Positions 10,015-19,946 of a stretch of DNA of 51,267 bases are shown here, one piece after another. Source of the DNA: Candidatus Vogelbacteria bacterium. Lineage in GTDB: Bacteria > Patescibacteriota > Minisyncoccia > Phycocordibacterales > JACOZG01. A program made the position numbers and the translations under genes. How positions within the stretch are numbered: position 1 is the first letter of the stretch; every line of letters starts with the position of its first letter. The notes beneath the pieces are model-generated. The model had not been told where the DNA came from. It made no database searches and saw only the letters and a list, made by a program, of their open reading frames with translations. The stretch is from NCBI GenBank assembly GCA_016181465.1, contig JACOZG010000041.1:1-51267 (forward strand), given 5' to 3'.

Positions 10015-11379
10015 TTAGTCTAACACGAATTTTTCCCCGGCGCGAGGCACGATCGCCTCGAGTCCAAGATAATCACGGATCCGCTGGGCCAGAAATAACG
10101 AGGCCCGCGGCTCGCCCATCGCCACATAGACCCGTCTAACGACATCGGCCGTGCGGCTGACAAAATCCAACAGGCCGTCTCGATCACCGTGGGCCGAGTA
10201 GCCGGTTAAGGTAAGCACTTTCGCCCGCACCGCCACCGGCTCGCCAAGAATCTTGACGCTGGTGGCCCCTTCCTGGAGCAACCGACCCAGACTGCCGGCC
10301 GATTGATAACCGATCAGGAGCAAAGTATTTTTAGGATCGGCGAGATAACGTTTCTCATGATGCAGGATTCGGCCGCCGTTCGACATACCCGAGCCGGCGA
10401 TAATCACCTTCCGGCCAGCCGGCGGGATGGCCTTGGATTCCTCGGTGCTTAAAGTTTTCTTTAAGTTGCGGAAATTAAACAGTCCGTCCCGAATCAAATC
10501 CGGATCGGCCACCCGCTGATTAAAAAAAGGCTCATATTTTTTATAAACCGCCGTCACCTGGATAGCCAAAGGCGAATCAAGATAAATCGGCACCTCGGGA
10601 ATCCGACCTTCAGCCGTCATTTGCTCGATTTCGTAAAGCAATTCCTGCGTCCGCTCAATCGAGAAAGCCGGAATCATCAAGGTGCCGCCGGCCCGCATCG
10701 TATTTTCAATCACATCTTCCAATTTATCGCGCCGCTCTTTCGTCCCTTCGTGCGCCCGATCGCCGTAGACGCTTTCCATCACCAGATAATCGGCGTCGGT
10801 CACTAACTCGATGTCAGGGAGCAAAGGCGACGGCGAGTTGCCGAGATCGCCGGTGAAAACAATTTTTTTGCCGGCCGCCGAGACTTCAATCATCGCTGAA
10901 CCGAGGATGTGGCCGGCGTCACGAAAACAAATGCTGGCACCACCGAGTGCCAATTTTTCTCCGTAATCCCGCGCCTGCCACAAATTCATGGCGGCGCTAA
11001 TATCCGTCTCGTGATAAAGCAAGGGTTTGTGCCCGGCCTTCGCTTCTTTTTCCATCACGCCCAAGCTGTCGGTCAAGATGAGTTCGGCAATGTCGCGGGT
11101 CGGCGGCGTGGAGTAAATGACGCCGTGAAAGCCCTCGCGGACAAGTTTGGGTATCCGACCGACATGATCAAGATGCGCGTGAGTAACGAACAGAGCGTCA
11201 ATGCTGGCCGGATCATAGGGAAACGGCTCGCGGTTTTTATCTTCCACGATTTTCCCGCCCTGAAACAAACCGCAATCAATTAAAAATTTATGACCAGATG
11301 TTTCCAACAAAAAATTGGCGCCGGTGACCGTCCCGGCCCCGCCGTGAAAAGTGATAGAAGCATGCTCGGTTTCCGCCAT
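10015..11379 (-). CDS. MBL-fold beta-CASP family RNA-metabolising hydrolase
   Basis: 454-aa ORF with the HxHxDH motif (THAHLDHVG). Length and C-terminal region are typical of CPSF73/RNase J-like beta-CASP proteins. Confidence 0.8.
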   Translation of the reverse strand: MAETEHASITFHGGAGTVTGANFLLETSGHKFLIDCGLFQGGKIVEDKNREPFPYDPASIDALFVTHAHLDHVGRIPKLVREGFHGVIYSTPPTRDIAELILTDSLGVMEKEAKAGHKPLLYHETDISAAMNLWQARDYGEKLALGGASICFRDAGHILGSAMIEVSAAGKKIVFTGDLGNSPSPLLPDIELVTDADYLVMESVYGDRAHEGTKERRDKLEDVIENTMRAGGTLMIPAFSIERTQELLYEIEQMTAEGRIPEVPIYLDSPLAIQVTAVYKKYEPFFNQRVADPDLIRDGLFNFRNLKKTLSTEESKAIPPAGRKVIIAGSGMSNGGRILHHEKRYLADPKNTLLLIGYQSAGSLGRLLQEGATSVKILGEPVAVRAKVLTLTGYSAHGDRDGLLDFVSRTADVVRRVYVAMGEPRASLFLAQRIRDYLGLEAIVPRAGEKFVLD

Positions 11380-11391
11380 CGTCGCTTAATT

Positions 11392-11424
11392 ATAAACAAA
11401 AATCCCCCAAAAAGTAGGGAGATT
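11392..11424 (-). terminator. Candidate intrinsic terminator downstream of ndk
   Basis: The minus strand reads aatctccc-tacttttt-gggggatt, an 8-bp stem with one G-U pair, followed by ttttgtttat. Confidence 0.45.
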
Positions 11425-11618
11425 CTTGAATAAGGCTATTTGGGCGTTTAACCTAGAGAAACTCCAGGTGGGTTCCCGCAACCGGACGCCATAACGCCGC
11501 AGTATTTAAGGATCCCAAAAAATATATTATTTGATCTAGATAATACCCCAAATAACCTTACTCTAATTATAACTCCTGAACCGAGTGCCAGGCAACATAA
11601 CTGATCATAAATTATCCA

Positions 11619-12095
11619 CTATTTATCCCCATTAGAATAAACCCAGGGAAATTCCGGTTTTTGATAGTCAAAAAGCTCGTCTGGTTTGAAAAAACGCGCG
11701 ATTTCCCGCTCGGCGGCCTCGACCGAGTCCGAGGCGTGAACGATATTGGCTTGCCCGCTCATCGAGAAGTCGCCGCGGATTGATCCGGCGTCGGCCTCGT
11801 AGCCCTTGGTCGGTCCGACAATCAAGCGAATCGCGCCGATCGCGTTAATGCCGGAAATGACCGCCAGAATCACCGGCGCCGATTTCATAAACTTTTTTAA
11901 AGAGTCAAAAAACGGCTGGTCTTTGTGATGCGCATAATGATCTTCCAGCATAATGTCTTCCAGCTCAATCATTTTGAGGCCGACAATCTTGAGTCCCTTC
12001 CGTTCAAAACGGCGAAAAATCTCGCCCACCAATCCCCGTTGCAGGGCGTCGGGCTTCATAATGATCAAACTGCGTTCGGCTCGGCTTGGAGACAT
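11619..12095 (-). CDS. ndk: Nucleoside diphosphate kinase
   Basis: ERSLIIMKPDALQRGLVGEI and the active-site His context NIVHASDS. Confidence 0.92.
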   Translation of the reverse strand: MSPSRAERSLIIMKPDALQRGLVGEIFRRFERKGLKIVGLKMIELEDIMLEDHYAHHKDQPFFDSLKKFMKSAPVILAVISGINAIGAIRLIVGPTKGYEADAGSIRGDFSMSGQANIVHASDSVEAAEREIARFFKPDELFDYQKPEFPWVYSNGDK

Positions 12096-12109
12096 GGGAT
12101 TTTAGTCTA

Positions 12110-12895
12110 TCATATTCTGGTCAAGATTTCCGGCCCGTGCCGAGTAATGGCAATCGTGTGCTCAAAGTGGGCGGCTAAATTGCCGTCGCTGGTCCTAACG
12201 GTAAAACCGTCCGGCGCGGTCTGAACCGCGCCGCGGCCGGCGGTCACCATTGGTTCAATGGCCATCACCAAACCGGGCTGAAGCTCAAGGCCCTGACCGG
12301 CGCGGCCGTAATTTGGCACTTCCGGCTCTTCGTGAACCCGAAAGCCGACCCCGTGCCCGCCAAACTCGCGCACCAATCCAAAACCCTGACCGCTGACAAA
12401 TGATTCAATCGCCGCGCCGATGTCGCCGAGCCGGCCGCCCGGCCGGGCCGCGGCGATCCCTAACTCAAGTGCTCGAACCGTCACCCGAATCAGTTTAGCC
12501 GCCGCGGCGCTCACCCGACCGACCGGCACCGTTACCGCCATATCAGTGAACATCCCTTGGTGCTCCAATCCCAAATCCAAACTGACGATGTCACCCTCGA
12601 TCAGTTGACGTTCGCCCGGAAGCCCGTGTACCACTTCATCATTAACCGAGACGCAGAGTGCCGCCGGAAACGGTCGTTTAGCCCCGGCCGGCTGATAATT
12701 AAGAAAGGCCGGTCGGCCGCCGGCCGGCTTGATTTCCTCGCGCGCCAACCGCTCCAGTTCAGCCGTTTTGATTTGGGGACGGACTGCTCGCGTCAATTCA
12801 TCCATAATTTGAGCGAGCCGCCGCCCGCCGGCGCGCAAAATCTCAATTTCCGCCGGCGTTTTCAATTTCCAAACAGAGTTTTTTAATTTCCTCAT
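12110..12895 (-). CDS. map: Methionine aminopeptidase type I
   Basis: MetAP pattern (EIEILRAGG..., VVHGLPG, DIVSLDLG, GHGVG, MAIEPM). I moved the start to the ATG at 12895 (MRKLKN...), because the longer track ORF runs into adk. Confidence 0.9.
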   Translation of the reverse strand: MRKLKNSVWKLKTPAEIEILRAGGRRLAQIMDELTRAVRPQIKTAELERLAREEIKPAGGRPAFLNYQPAGAKRPFPAALCVSVNDEVVHGLPGERQLIEGDIVSLDLGLEHQGMFTDMAVTVPVGRVSAAAAKLIRVTVRALELGIAAARPGGRLGDIGAAIESFVSGQGFGLVREFGGHGVGFRVHEEPEVPNYGRAGQGLELQPGLVMAIEPMVTAGRGAVQTAPDGFTVRTSDGNLAAHFEHTIAITRHGPEILTRI

Positions 12896-13442
12896 GGATC
12901 GCTGCCACCGCCTGGTCGCCGTCAATTCTCGCAAACTGATAGCCGGAGTGCCGGCGATAATAATCAATTACCGGCTCCACATCGCGCTCGTACCAGCCGA
13001 GCCGCTTCTCGATGCCGTCTTTGTCGTCGTCCGGACGGCCCCGATTCGCGAGCCGATCCCGCGCGCTAACGGCGGAAATATCCAGAAAGATAACCCGCGG
13101 TTTCTCCGATTTATAAAAAGCGACCGCCGTGTCGAGCGCTTGCGCTTCCACGAGCGATCGCGGCGTGCCGTCAAAGACCAAATGCTCATTGCCGGCCAAA
13201 TTATTAACCAGAAAATTCGCCCAGAGATAAATGGCGAGGAAATCGGGTTGGCGCTCGCCGCTGGCCGACACCGCGCGAGCCAGCTGACCGGAGTAAGTCG
13301 GCTGGTTGATCAATTCACGGACATAATGGCCGGTTTCCAAATAAATCACTGGTTCGGCCTTCTGACTTTGCAAATGTTTAATCAAGAGCGCGGCCTGCGT
13401 CCCCTTGCCTGATCCGGACCGGCCGATGAAAATAAAGGTCAT
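12843..13442 (-). CDS. adk: Adenylate kinase (short form)
   Basis: P-loop IGRSGSGKGTQ. Sits in the canonical secY-adk-map position. Confidence 0.85.
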   Translation of the reverse strand: MTFIFIGRSGSGKGTQAALLIKHLQSQKAEPVIYLETGHYVRELINQPTYSGQLARAVSASGERQPDFLAIYLWANFLVNNLAGNEHLVFDGTPRSLVEAQALDTAVAFYKSEKPRVIFLDISAVSARDRLANRGRPDDDKDGIEKRLGWYERDVEPVIDYYRRHSGYQFARIDGDQAVAAIHEEIKKLCLEIENAGGN

Positions 13443-13639
13443 CGTCCAATGAAGAAAATAACGACCGAGAGGAAGAAAAGGGCGAGCGCAAAAACAAACA
13501 GGACCAAATTGGCGGAGTGTTCATTTTTGATCCGACCGCCGGCCAGCCGCATCACGAGCCCGACAAGACCGCGCCCGCGGCTGGCCGGGCGCAGATAATC
13601 GCGGTCATCGGGATCAAAATGAACTGACTGATTATCCAT
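13439..13639 (-). CDS. Small hypothetical membrane protein
   Basis: 66-aa GC-rich ORF with a C-terminal TM helix. Its stop overlaps the adk start (ATGA). Confidence 0.45.
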   Translation of the reverse strand: MDNQSVHFDPDDRDYLRPASRGRGLVGLVMRLAGGRIKNEHSANLVLFVFALALFFLSVVIFFIGR

Positions 13640-13827
13640 GCTTTTAATATAGCATAATGATCCTGAACCGCAAAACTACCATCTAGCTTTGTTCAATCTT
13701 CCATCGGTCCCAAGAATAAACAAAATGTTACCAGAATCTGACGATCGTCTGATTTCGTCTCAATTTATAAATTAACAATAGTAGTCTGGTAAGGGGAACC
13801 CTTGCCATTGGCATATTTCTCCGATTT

Positions 13828-14025
13828 TCATCCTTTAATCTTGGACCACGCCTCATCGCTTAATGATTCCCACGCGTCAAACTCATTCCTCATCGCCAAT
13901 GAATTCTCCAAATTATCAAGATAGAATAACATCGCGCGATTCATCATCTCTGCTTCCCCAACTCCCAGAACTCTAGAGGCGGCTTTTACCCGCTGATTTA
14001 TTTTGCTAGCTAATTTGATGTTCAT
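13828..14025 (-). CDS. Small ribbon-helix-helix-like protein (orphan antitoxin-like)
   Basis: 65-aa AT-rich ORF. The N-terminal beta-strand/helix pattern (NIKLASKINQRVKAASRVLGVGEAEMMNRAM) is compatible with CopG/RHH. No toxin partner seen. Confidence 0.4.
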   Translation of the reverse strand: MNIKLASKINQRVKAASRVLGVGEAEMMNRAMLFYLDNLENSLAMRNEFDAWESLSDEAWSKIKG

Positions 14026-14042
14026 AATTTAATCGTTACCAT

Positions 14043-15215
14043 TCAAGGGTTGTTTAGACATTGAGTCAGCGTGGCGCTGGGGGTCCAACCGCACTGCCCC
14101 GTCGCTTGGCGGGCACAGACGGCATTACGGTAACAAGCATATTCCGGACGCCATTCACAAGTAGAGACCAAATCTTGGTCTGAACAAATCTGTCCACTGC
14201 ATCCAGTCGCACGACAAGCTGGTAAGGTGATAGCCCCAGAAATAGTGAAGTAATTGTCGCTTGAGTCGCAATTCGTTTGCGATCCGGCGCCGCAAATTCG
14301 GATACGATAGTCCCCTGATGGAATCGGATTGTTCACAATATCAGTCGCCACGATCCAATTGTAAGTTGATAAGGCAGAAATATTTCTATCAAGAATGTAA
14401 GGCGCGTGAACTGATGGCTGGGAGCAAGGATAACCATAACGCTGAATGCACATGATTGGTTGTGCCACAGGATCAAGATACAAATCAACTTTTGTGGCAC
14501 TGGTCGCGCCGTTGTAGCGCCAAGTGATTGGCTGAACCGAATTCGCCACCCACTGCTCGCCGCCGTTGGGACTAATTACAGTGATTGGAGAATTGATTTG
14601 GCCCCACCACCACGCTCAAACTCGTGCTGTTGGATTGCCCGGCGTTGTCTGTAACTTTGAATCTTGGATAATAAGTGCCGGCGCGAGCATAGGCGTGAGT
14701 GAAGGTCGCGGTCTGCTGAACCGCCGATGCCGCGGGCGAACCGGCCATAGGTGCGACTGTAACCTCGTCACCCCAAATCACCGAGTATGAGAGCGGGCCG
14801 TTCTCCGGATCACTCGCCTGCACGGTCCAAGTTCCCGCTTGGCCGACATTAAGTGTCGTCGGACCGGAAACGCCGGAGATTGTGGGTGGAAGATTGCCGG
14901 GGATTGGCGGCATCCTATTGCACCCGTAAAGCTGATTGAGTTTCTTGCGTGTGGCCGGGCCGACATAGCCGGTCGGGTTGGTGAGTCCGAGCGGCGCGAG
15001 AATCTCATTTTTGTACTTCAACTGGAAGACCGAAACCGCCGCGGCCACAGTCTCACCATAATAAGTAGCCCTAAGAGAAGAACCAGCTGTTCCCGGCCGA
15101 TCTGGCGCTGGAGCTCGGCGATCAGCCGCGCAATCTCATCGGCCGACTGGGCCGAGGAAGTAAGCGGCAGTAAAGTGCCGAGAACCAGCAAAACAACTAA
15201 AATTCGTTTGAACAT
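14043..15215 (-). pseudogene. Decayed secreted PG-binding / PKD / 8-Cys-domain protein (three frames)
   Basis: One domain series is spread over three ORFs (15018..15215, 14572..15048, 14043..14549) in frames 2/0/2. The parts are a signal peptide, a PG-binding-like segment (YYGETVAAAVSVFQ), a PKD domain, a SPNGGEQW repeat and a Cys-rich C-terminus. Reading frames stay open across both junctions. One shift lies in gtggtggtgggg near 14600. Confidence 0.6.
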
Positions 15216-15295
15216 AATAATTTAATGGCTTAAATTAAGCTGATAAGAGGGGTTTTCGATCCGATTTAAGACATTCTAGCACAAAACTCCCACAA

Positions 15296-16570
15296 TCAAT
15301 ACTCCCGCATGCTGATCTGACTATCCACTTGTTTGGTGAATTCCAGCGCCACGGACACGACAATGAGCAGGGCCGTGCCGCCGATCGCGAGCGCCGTGAG
15401 GCCGGTGATCGCCCGCATCAGAAGCGGCAGCATCGCCACCGCGCCAAGAAACAGCGCGCCGACGAAAGTCAGGCGAGTGACGGTTTTCGCCAAATGCTCG
15501 GCCGTGGGCCGGCCGGGCCTGATCCCCGGAATAAAGGCGCCGCTTTTCTGCAAATTTTCGGCGATGGCGGTCGGATCAAAAGTGATCGCCGAATAGAAAT
15601 AAGTGAAGAGAAAGACTAAGGCAAAGTAAACAATGGCGTAAAACCAAGTGTTGTTCAGCAAAGAAAGAACGACATCAGCCACGGCTCGCACCGTTGCGTT
15701 TGACGCTTGAGCAAAGAAATTGACGATCATCTGCGGAAATAGAAGGAGCGACAGGGCAAAAATGATCGGCATCACGCCGGCCTGATTCAAACGGATCGGC
15801 AGATAGGTGGAGACGCCGCCGTAAACGCGCATGCCCCGCACTCGCTTGGCATAAGTGATCGCCACCGGCCGCTCGGCCTCGGTCATCACCACCACGCCGG
15901 CGACGATCACGGCGGCGGCCGCGAGGTATCCGAGATAAAGCGGCACCGAGGCCAGTTCAAAATTGACGATGACCTGACTAATGGCCGAAGGAATACCCGC
16001 CACGATGCCGGCGAAAATAATGAGCGAGGTGCCGTTGCCGATGCCATATTCATTGATCAATTCGCCAAGCCACATCAAAAGCAGGGAACCGGCGGTAACC
16101 ACGATCACGCTGACCAATTTGTCGAAAAAAGTCAGCTCGGCCAAAATGCCCTGCCGGCCGAGGAGCGCCAAGAGGCCAAAACCTTGAAGGAGCGCCAGAG
16201 GCACGGTGAGCATCCGGGCGTACTGGGCGAATTGCCGCCGGCCGACCTCGCCCGACTCATGATAGAGTTCTTTCAGCGACGGAAACATTATGGTCAGAAG
16301 CTGCATAATGATCGTGGCGGTGATATAGGGACCGACGCCGAGCATCACGATCGAGAGGTTAGACAAACCGCCGCCGGAAAAAAGATTGAGCAGATTGAAA
16401 AATTGATTGTCGGCGAAGAAACGTTCCAGAGCCGCCACATTGACCCCGGGAATCGGGATGCTGGCGCCGAGACGAAACAGGAAGAGCGCCGCGCCGACAA
16501 AAACGAGCCGGCGGCGGAGCGGCGCGTCCGACACCGCCAATTTTAATTTAGTCCAGAAAGCGGCAAGCAT
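15296..16570 (-). CDS. secY: Preprotein translocase subunit SecY
   Basis: 424-aa polytopic membrane protein directly after rplO, the canonical position. Confidence 0.95.
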   Translation of the reverse strand: MLAAFWTKLKLAVSDAPLRRRLVFVGAALFLFRLGASIPIPGVNVAALERFFADNQFFNLLNLFSGGGLSNLSIVMLGVGPYITATIIMQLLTIMFPSLKELYHESGEVGRRQFAQYARMLTVPLALLQGFGLLALLGRQGILAELTFFDKLVSVIVVTAGSLLLMWLGELINEYGIGNGTSLIIFAGIVAGIPSAISQVIVNFELASVPLYLGYLAAAAVIVAGVVVMTEAERPVAITYAKRVRGMRVYGGVSTYLPIRLNQAGVMPIIFALSLLLFPQMIVNFFAQASNATVRAVADVVLSLLNNTWFYAIVYFALVFLFTYFYSAITFDPTAIAENLQKSGAFIPGIRPGRPTAEHLAKTVTRLTFVGALFLGAVAMLPLLMRAITGLTALAIGGTALLIVVSVALEFTKQVDSQISMREY

Positions 16571-16573
16571 AAT

Positions 16574-16996
16574 TTATTTTACCAGTCCGCCGGCGGCGAT
16601 GATCGCCTGGCGCGCCGCGACCGACAAACGGCACCGTTCGACCGTCAGTATGACCGATAATTTTCCATCGGCCAGAATTTTCACCGGAGCGCGGGCATCG
16701 CGGATCAAACCCTTGTCCGCCAGGGTCTTGGGCGACACGACTTCGCCGGCGGCGAAATATCGTCCGAGGACAGCGAGCTTGACCAGCTGCGGCGGCGTCT
16801 GGCGGCCGGGAAAACGGTAGCCGCGGCGCTTGGGCAATTTTTTGATCAGATCGCGGCTTTCCGGCCGGATCCGATGGCCGGCCCGCGCCTTCTGGCCTTT
16901 GGTGCCGCGGCCCGAGGTGGTGCCCCGTTTGCCGCCGCGGCCGACGATTTTCCTACGGTGATGACGATTTTGTCTTTTCAGCTGATGTAATTGCAT
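16574..16996 (-). CDS. rplO: 50S ribosomal protein L15
   Basis: GRGGKRGTTSGRGTKGQKARAG motif. Overlaps the rpsE end, so there is no room for rpmD (L30). Confidence 0.93.
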   Translation of the reverse strand: MQLHQLKRQNRHHRRKIVGRGGKRGTTSGRGTKGQKARAGHRIRPESRDLIKKLPKRRGYRFPGRQTPPQLVKLAVLGRYFAAGEVVSPKTLADKGLIRDARAPVKILADGKLSVILTVERCRLSVAARQAIIAAGGLVK

Positions 16997-17496
16997 GTTA
17001 GGGTTGGGAAGTGGGAAGTTAGAGAACCCAAAGCGGCCAGGGCGGCGCGGGCGATATTAATTTTATTTTTACTCGGGGAAATGACCTTGGCGCTGACGCC
17101 CCGGACCCCGGCGAGGGCGAGAAGCACGCGCACGGCCGAGCCAGCGACGATGCCGCGCTCCGGGGCCGGGCGGATGACGACTCGAGAACTTCCAAATTTA
17201 GCCATGACTTCGTGAGGAATAGAATGATCAGCCGTTAACGGCAAAGTGAGCATCCGCTTCTTGGCCTGACGGAAACCCTTCTCGATCGCCTCGGAAATGT
17301 CGCCGGCCTTGCCGAGTCCCAAGCCGATTCGGCCCCGTTTGTCGCCAGCCGCCACCAAGGCCGAAAAACTGAAACGGCGACCGCCCTTAACCACTCGCGT
17401 CACCCGCCGAAGGCTGATCATCTTATGGTCAAACTCTGACGGAGCCGTCTTGGTCTTAGCTGTTTTTGTCCGGCCAAAAATTTCAGTCATGATCAA
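16978..17496 (-). CDS. rpsE: 30S ribosomal protein S5
   Basis: [26 protein letters not shown] is typical of S5. Confidence 0.93.
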   Translation of the reverse strand: MIMTEIFGRTKTAKTKTAPSEFDHKMISLRRVTRVVKGGRRFSFSALVAAGDKRGRIGLGLGKAGDISEAIEKGFRQAKKRMLTLPLTADHSIPHEVMAKFGSSRVVIRPAPERGIVAGSAVRVLLALAGVRGVSAKVISPSKNKINIARAALAALGSLTSHFPTLTCNYIS

Positions 17497-17861
17497 AAGA
17501 TTAATCCGCCCTCGCGCGCCCCCTCGGCCAGCGCCCGGACGCGACCGGTATAACGGTAACCGCCCCGATCAAACACGACTTGCTTGATCTTTTTGGCTAC
17601 GGCCCGCTTGGCCAATTCAAGCCCTAGCTCTTTAGCCCGGCTGACCCTGGATTTAATTTTAATGTTTTTATCGTTGAAACCTAAGAAGGTCCGACCCGCG
17701 GCATCATCTATTAATTGAACATAAATCTGCCGATGAGAACGAAAAACCGAAAGCCGCGGCCTGGCGGCAGTGCCGGAAATTTTGCCGCGCACCCGGCGGC
17801 GGCGAAATCGAAATCGATCTGATTTAGTATGGGATTTGAAATTGGACATAAAATAATTCAA
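17493..17861 (-). CDS. rplR: 50S ribosomal protein L18
   Basis: [20 protein letters not shown]...[24 protein letters not shown]. Confidence 0.93.
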   Translation of the reverse strand: MNYFMSNFKSHTKSDRFRFRRRRVRGKISGTAARPRLSVFRSHRQIYVQLIDDAAGRTFLGFNDKNIKIKSRVSRAKELGLELAKRAVAKKIKQVVFDRGGYRYTGRVRALAEGAREGGLIF

Positions 17862-18403
17862 GCGGTTACGGCCTTTTTGCCTTGCTTTCTGATCACCACC
17901 TCATCGGCATAACGGATGCCTTTCCCTTTGTACGGATCCGGCGGGCGGATGGCGCGAATGACGGCGGCAAACTGACCGACGAGTTCCCGGTCAAAACCGC
18001 TGATGTTGATCAGATTTTTCTCCACCGTTACTTTAAGCTCTCGAGGAATAGGCCGGACGACCGGATGCGAAAAACCGGCGTTGAGAATGATTGTGTCAGA
18101 ACTAACGACCGCCTTGTAACCAATGCCTTCGACGAGCAAACTTTTTCCAAACCCCTCGGTCACGCCGCGGATCATATTTTTCAAATGCGCGGCATAAGTG
18201 CCCCAGAGCGCGCTCTGTTCGGACGCCCGGCTAGCGTCCCGCAAACTCACTTTAACTTCGCTCGCGGTAATAGCGAGGGCGAGCGCCGCCGGCCACGGCC
18301 GTTTGAGACTGCCCTTGGGCCCCTTGACCAAAACCTGACCGGCCGCGGCCGTCACTGTGACGTCGGTCGGGATAACGATTGTTTGTCTGCCGATGCGCGA
18401 CAT
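17858..18403 (-). CDS. rplF: 50S ribosomal protein L6
   Basis: [14 protein letters not shown]...G..L.VKGPKG pattern and [11 protein letters not shown] near the C-terminus. Confidence 0.93.
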   Translation of the reverse strand: MSRIGRQTIVIPTDVTVTAAAGQVLVKGPKGSLKRPWPAALALAITASEVKVSLRDASRASEQSALWGTYAAHLKNMIRGVTEGFGKSLLVEGIGYKAVVSSDTIILNAGFSHPVVRPIPRELKVTVEKNLINISGFDRELVGQFAAVIRAIRPPDPYKGKGIRYADEVVIRKQGKKAVTA

Positions 18404-18515
18404 GTTAATAACTTAAAAAGCAAAACGAAAAGCGTAAGACAATAGTCCAAAGTTCAAAATATTTTTAATTTTGAGTTGTATGTTTTGCATTTTCAGCTTT
18501 TCACTTTAAATTTCC
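18404..18515 (-). repeat. AT-rich palindromic intercistronic repeat, copy R1 (rpsH/rplF gap)
   Basis: Fills the whole gap. The core ttcaaaatatttttaattttgagttgtatgttttgcatttt (18453..18493) is identical to 28047..28087. The left arm aacttaaaaagcaaaacgaaaagcg is roughly the reverse complement of the right arm. Confidence 0.85.
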
Positions 18516-18908
18516 TCACCAGATGGTAAACAGCGGTTCGCCGCCGACCTTGAGCCGCCGCGCTTCAGCACCGGTCAAAACGCCGCGAGCCGTGGAAATG
18601 ATCAGCTGGCCGTGCCCTTGCCGCACCGGACGGATCGCCCGCCAGCCCAAGTAAACGCGGCGCGATGATTTGGAGAGCCGTTTGACGTTGGTGATTCTCG
18701 GCCGGCCGTCTTGATACGCCAGCTCGACTTCAATAAATTTTCTCGTTTTCTTGCCCTTCTTAACCGCGGCCTTCAATAAGCCGGCGGCCGCGAGCTTCTC
18801 CGCGATCGCCATGGTTAAATTGGAAAAATCAACCGTCACCGTCGCCCGGCCGGCGGCCGAGCCGTTGCGTAAACGAGTGATAAAATCGGCAACCGGATCA
18901 GTTACCAT
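18516..18908 (-). CDS. rpsH: 30S ribosomal protein S8
   Basis: [16 protein letters not shown]... Start moved to the ATG at 18908, which overlaps the rpsN stop by 7 nt. The longer track ORF is an upstream extension. Confidence 0.92.
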   Translation of the reverse strand: MVTDPVADFITRLRNGSAAGRATVTVDFSNLTMAIAEKLAAAGLLKAAVKKGKKTRKFIEVELAYQDGRPRITNVKRLSKSSRRVYLGWRAIRPVRQGHGQLIISTARGVLTGAEARRLKVGGEPLFTIW

Positions 18909-19087
18909 GAAGATTTTTTGACCCCGGGAATCATCCCCTCGTTGCCGTACTCGCGAAAACAGATCCGACACAGACCAAAATCGCGCATAAAGCTCCGCTT
19001 CCGGCCGCAACGGAAACAGCGCCGCACCAGACGGGTGCTGAACTTCGGGGTTCGTTTGGCTCTCGCGATGACTGATTTTTTGGCCAT
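18902..19087 (-). CDS. rpsN: 30S ribosomal protein S14, Zn-ribbon (type Z) form
   Basis: 61 aa with CFRCG...CRICF. Confidence 0.92.
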   Translation of the reverse strand: MAKKSVIARAKRTPKFSTRLVRRCFRCGRKRSFMRDFGLCRICFREYGNEGMIPGVKKSSW

Positions 19088-19123
19088 CTTGAGCCCTATG
19101 CTAGCAGGATTCCCCGCGGGGTG

Positions 19124-19378
19124 TCAAATTGCCGCTTCCAATTTTATTTTTGCCTTTTGGGCAATTTGTTGAATCCACCTCTCGTGGCGATTTAACTGAG
19201 AGGTCACAGCCGCGTATTCAACACGAAGATTATCAATTACTTTGGTTAAACCATCAATCGCCGTGAGTAAACTATTGAGTGTCTCGCGCATAGAATCGAC
19301 TTTCGCATCCAAGAGTTGGAACTCTTGCTTGGTGACCAAAACAGAAGTTAGTTTGGCTATATCTTGGTTAGTGAGCAT
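19124..19378 (-). CDS. Hypothetical coiled-coil protein
   Basis: 84-aa AT-rich ORF inserted between rplE and rpsN. Heptad-like sequence, no family recognised. Confidence 0.5.
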   Translation of the reverse strand: MLTNQDIAKLTSVLVTKQEFQLLDAKVDSMRETLNSLLTAIDGLTKVIDNLRVEYAAVTSQLNRHERWIQQIAQKAKIKLEAAI

Positions 19379-19385
19379 ACCCTAA

Positions 19386-19413
19386 ATAATACCACCAACT
19401 CAAAACGCTGCAA
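19386..19413 (-). promoter_or_regulatory. Candidate sigma70-like promoter for the 84-aa ORF
   Basis: The minus strand reads TTGCAG-16 nt-TATTAT, ending 7 nt before the ATG at 19378. A perfect 12-nt tandem duplication atgtcgcacaaa x2 lies just upstream (19439..19462). Confidence 0.3.
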
Positions 19414-19482
19414 ACCGTAAATAAATGTTAGACATCCGATGTCGCACAAAATGTCGCACAAATAAATACCACCTCGGCTGTC

Positions 19483-19522
19483 AAGAAAAAGGAGACCCGC
19501 TCGCCAAGGCAAAACGGGTCTT
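19483..19522 (-). terminator. Candidate intrinsic terminator inside the rplE-rpsN gap
   Basis: The minus strand reads agacccg-(loop ttttgccttggcgag)-cgggtct followed by cctttttctt. Lies just downstream of the 64-aa ORF. Confidence 0.45.
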
Positions 19523-19578
19523 TGGAAAAATCGCTATGAGTTAGTTGACCGTTCGGCAAGGTTTAACTTTGACACTAC

Positions 19579-19773
19579 TTAAACTCCGCCAATTTTTTCT
19601 TTTGTTCGTTCGTTGAAAATCCTTCTTGCAAGCAACAACACCTGGGCTTTTCCGAGCAGATCGTCGTAGTACGGTTTCTTTTCAGACGCGCGCACGATTG
19701 CTTTCATCTCCGTCACCGGATCGTCGCTACCCAGCGTCTCGACTAGGCGGCGGAATACCCGATTAGGTGTCAA
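19579..19773 (-). CDS. Hypothetical small protein
   Basis: 64-aa ORF with a TTG start in the track. No recognisable motif. Confidence 0.3.
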   Translation of the reverse strand: MTPNRVFRRLVETLGSDDPVTEMKAIVRASEKKPYYDDLLGKAQVLLLARRIFNERTKEKIGGV

Positions 19774-19946
19774 TTTTCGAGACTTAAAAAAAAATCATAA
19801 CATTCTTCTCCTTTTTTAACTTGTTAGAGATCCAAATCCTTCCTATTACTAGCATGGGTACGGACCGGTGACAAGTATCCCCGTATCACAAATAGCGCAC
19901 GATCGTGGCTTATTTATGATATCAAACCGGGTCACAATTTGTGATC

